Virus record (IMG/VR): IMGVR_UViG_3300046779_001679
Span: 18,530-82,529 of that record
Reading direction: 5' to 3' (one strand)
DNA length: 64,000 bases
DNA from: a virus
Lineage: Duplodnaviria; Caudoviricetes
Shown: one piece after another, positions 63,244-64,000 of the stretch
Numbering within the stretch: the stretch's first letter is position 1
Layout: the number at the start of each line of letters is the position of its first letter
The notes under the pieces: model-generated
Seen by the model: the letters and a program-made list of their open reading frames with translations, nothing else
Database searches by the model: none
What the model was told of the DNA's origin: nothing
Program-made: the position numbers and the translations under genes

Positions 63244-63918
63244 TTATTGGTTAGCAATGCTTACAGTTGTATTAGCTACAGCAGAACCAAATGTCCACTT
63301 TGCTGATGCACCTGTTGCAAATTGTGTGCCTGTACCAGCAACTAAAACTACTTTACGTGCTGTTAATTTACGAACATAATATGTGCCGCCGTCGCTATCA
63401 GTTGCAGTAATTGACATTTCATTAGCACCTAGGTCAGCAGTTGTAACTAACTTGCAGATTGCAGTACCGTCACTAGTTTGAACTTTATAACGCTTAGAAC
63501 CTGTTTGCTTGATAACATCACCAGTTGTAACTTCGCTACCAGCACCAACTTGAGCTTCACACTTAATACCATTTTGACGTGCAGATGCTCCGCTTGTTAA
63601 TACTGCGGTTAGTGTTAATGTTGTTTGAGTGCCGGTTGATGTTGTAATAGTAAGAGTCGGAGCACTTGTATAACCGCTGCCACCATTAGTAACAGTAACA
63701 CCAGTAACTGATCCGTCAGTAAGTACTAACGTACCGGTAGCAGTTACACCACCAGTAATTTGCGGTGCTGAAAATGCTACAGTATCAGCATCATCGTAAT
63801 TTGCGCTATCGCCTGCAACTACTGTAACGCTAGCTACGCTTTCGCCGCCAACGTTAGCTGAACCAAACACTTCGTAGTTTGTGTTAGCAAAATATTTCTT
63901 TTGAATTGGACGTCCCAT
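63244..63918 (-). CDS. Putative virion structural protein (224 aa, Thr/Gly-rich)
   Basis: MGRPIQKKYF; V..VTV.NGGSGYTSAPT module; IKQTGSKRYKV; AAGGAG SD. Confidence 0.75.
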   Translation of the reverse strand: MGRPIQKKYFANTNYEVFGSANVGGESVASVTVVAGDSANYDDADTVAFSAPQITGGVTATGTLVLTDGSVTGVTVTNGGSGYTSAPTLTITTSTGTQTTLTLTAVLTSGASARQNGIKCEAQVGAGSEVTTGDVIKQTGSKRYKVQTSDGTAICKLVTTADLGANEMSITATDSDGGTYYVRKLTARKVVLVAGTGTQFATGASAKWTFGSAVANTTVSIANQ

Positions 63919-64000
63919 TGTTTTCTCCTTATGAATGACGTTCTAGGTCTACGCAGAGGGATTCTGCATAAGTCTTGTTCAATGACAAGCTCAATTTAGA

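Noticed and set aside
22233-63918. Many 60-115 aa opposite-strand or alternate-frame ORFs inside the giant structural genes
   Set aside because: Expected shadows of biased codon usage; none has its own promoter/SD or a recognisable motif.
1-64000. Stop-codon reassignment, as seen in some large phages
   Set aside because: Very long genes are intact under the standard code, and TAA, TGA (uvsX, terL) and TAG (9148-9636) are all used as true stops.

Overview
A 64-kb stretch of a large, AT-rich, T4-superfamily myovirus genome, almost wall-to-wall coding in the standard genetic code and mostly on the minus strand. From left to right it holds: (1) a recombination/replication block (partial unknown ORF, uvsY, uvsX/recA, gp32 SSB); (2) a head-packaging block (putative core/internal proteins, large and small terminase, gp4 head-completion nuclease); (3) the tail core (gp19-like paralog, gp19 tube, an enlarged gp18 sheath), an HNH gene, a dNMP kinase, a divergent ClpS homolog, neck gp13/gp14, gp15 and a Nudix hydrolase; (4) about 40 kb of giant modular virion/baseplate/fibre genes (2511, 2683, 1946, 1430, 1052 aa), three Cys/Gly-rich adhesin-like paralogs with chaperone-like partners, and an opposite-strand GT9 + SGNH-like + carbamoyltransferase operon. 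Regulatory signals are readable: TAA(A/G)TA late-promoter boxes (several placed for leaderless mRNAs), three sigma70-like promoters, intrinsic terminators and several structured leaders. The strongest novel signal is a repeated alpha-helical domain in the 2511- and 2683-aa virion proteins that matches the phycobiliprotein (globin-fold) chromophore helix pattern K-C-x-R-D-h-G-Y-x8-L-x2-G-G. All family calls come from motif recognition by eye; no searches were run, the host is unknown, and internal domain boundaries are approximate.
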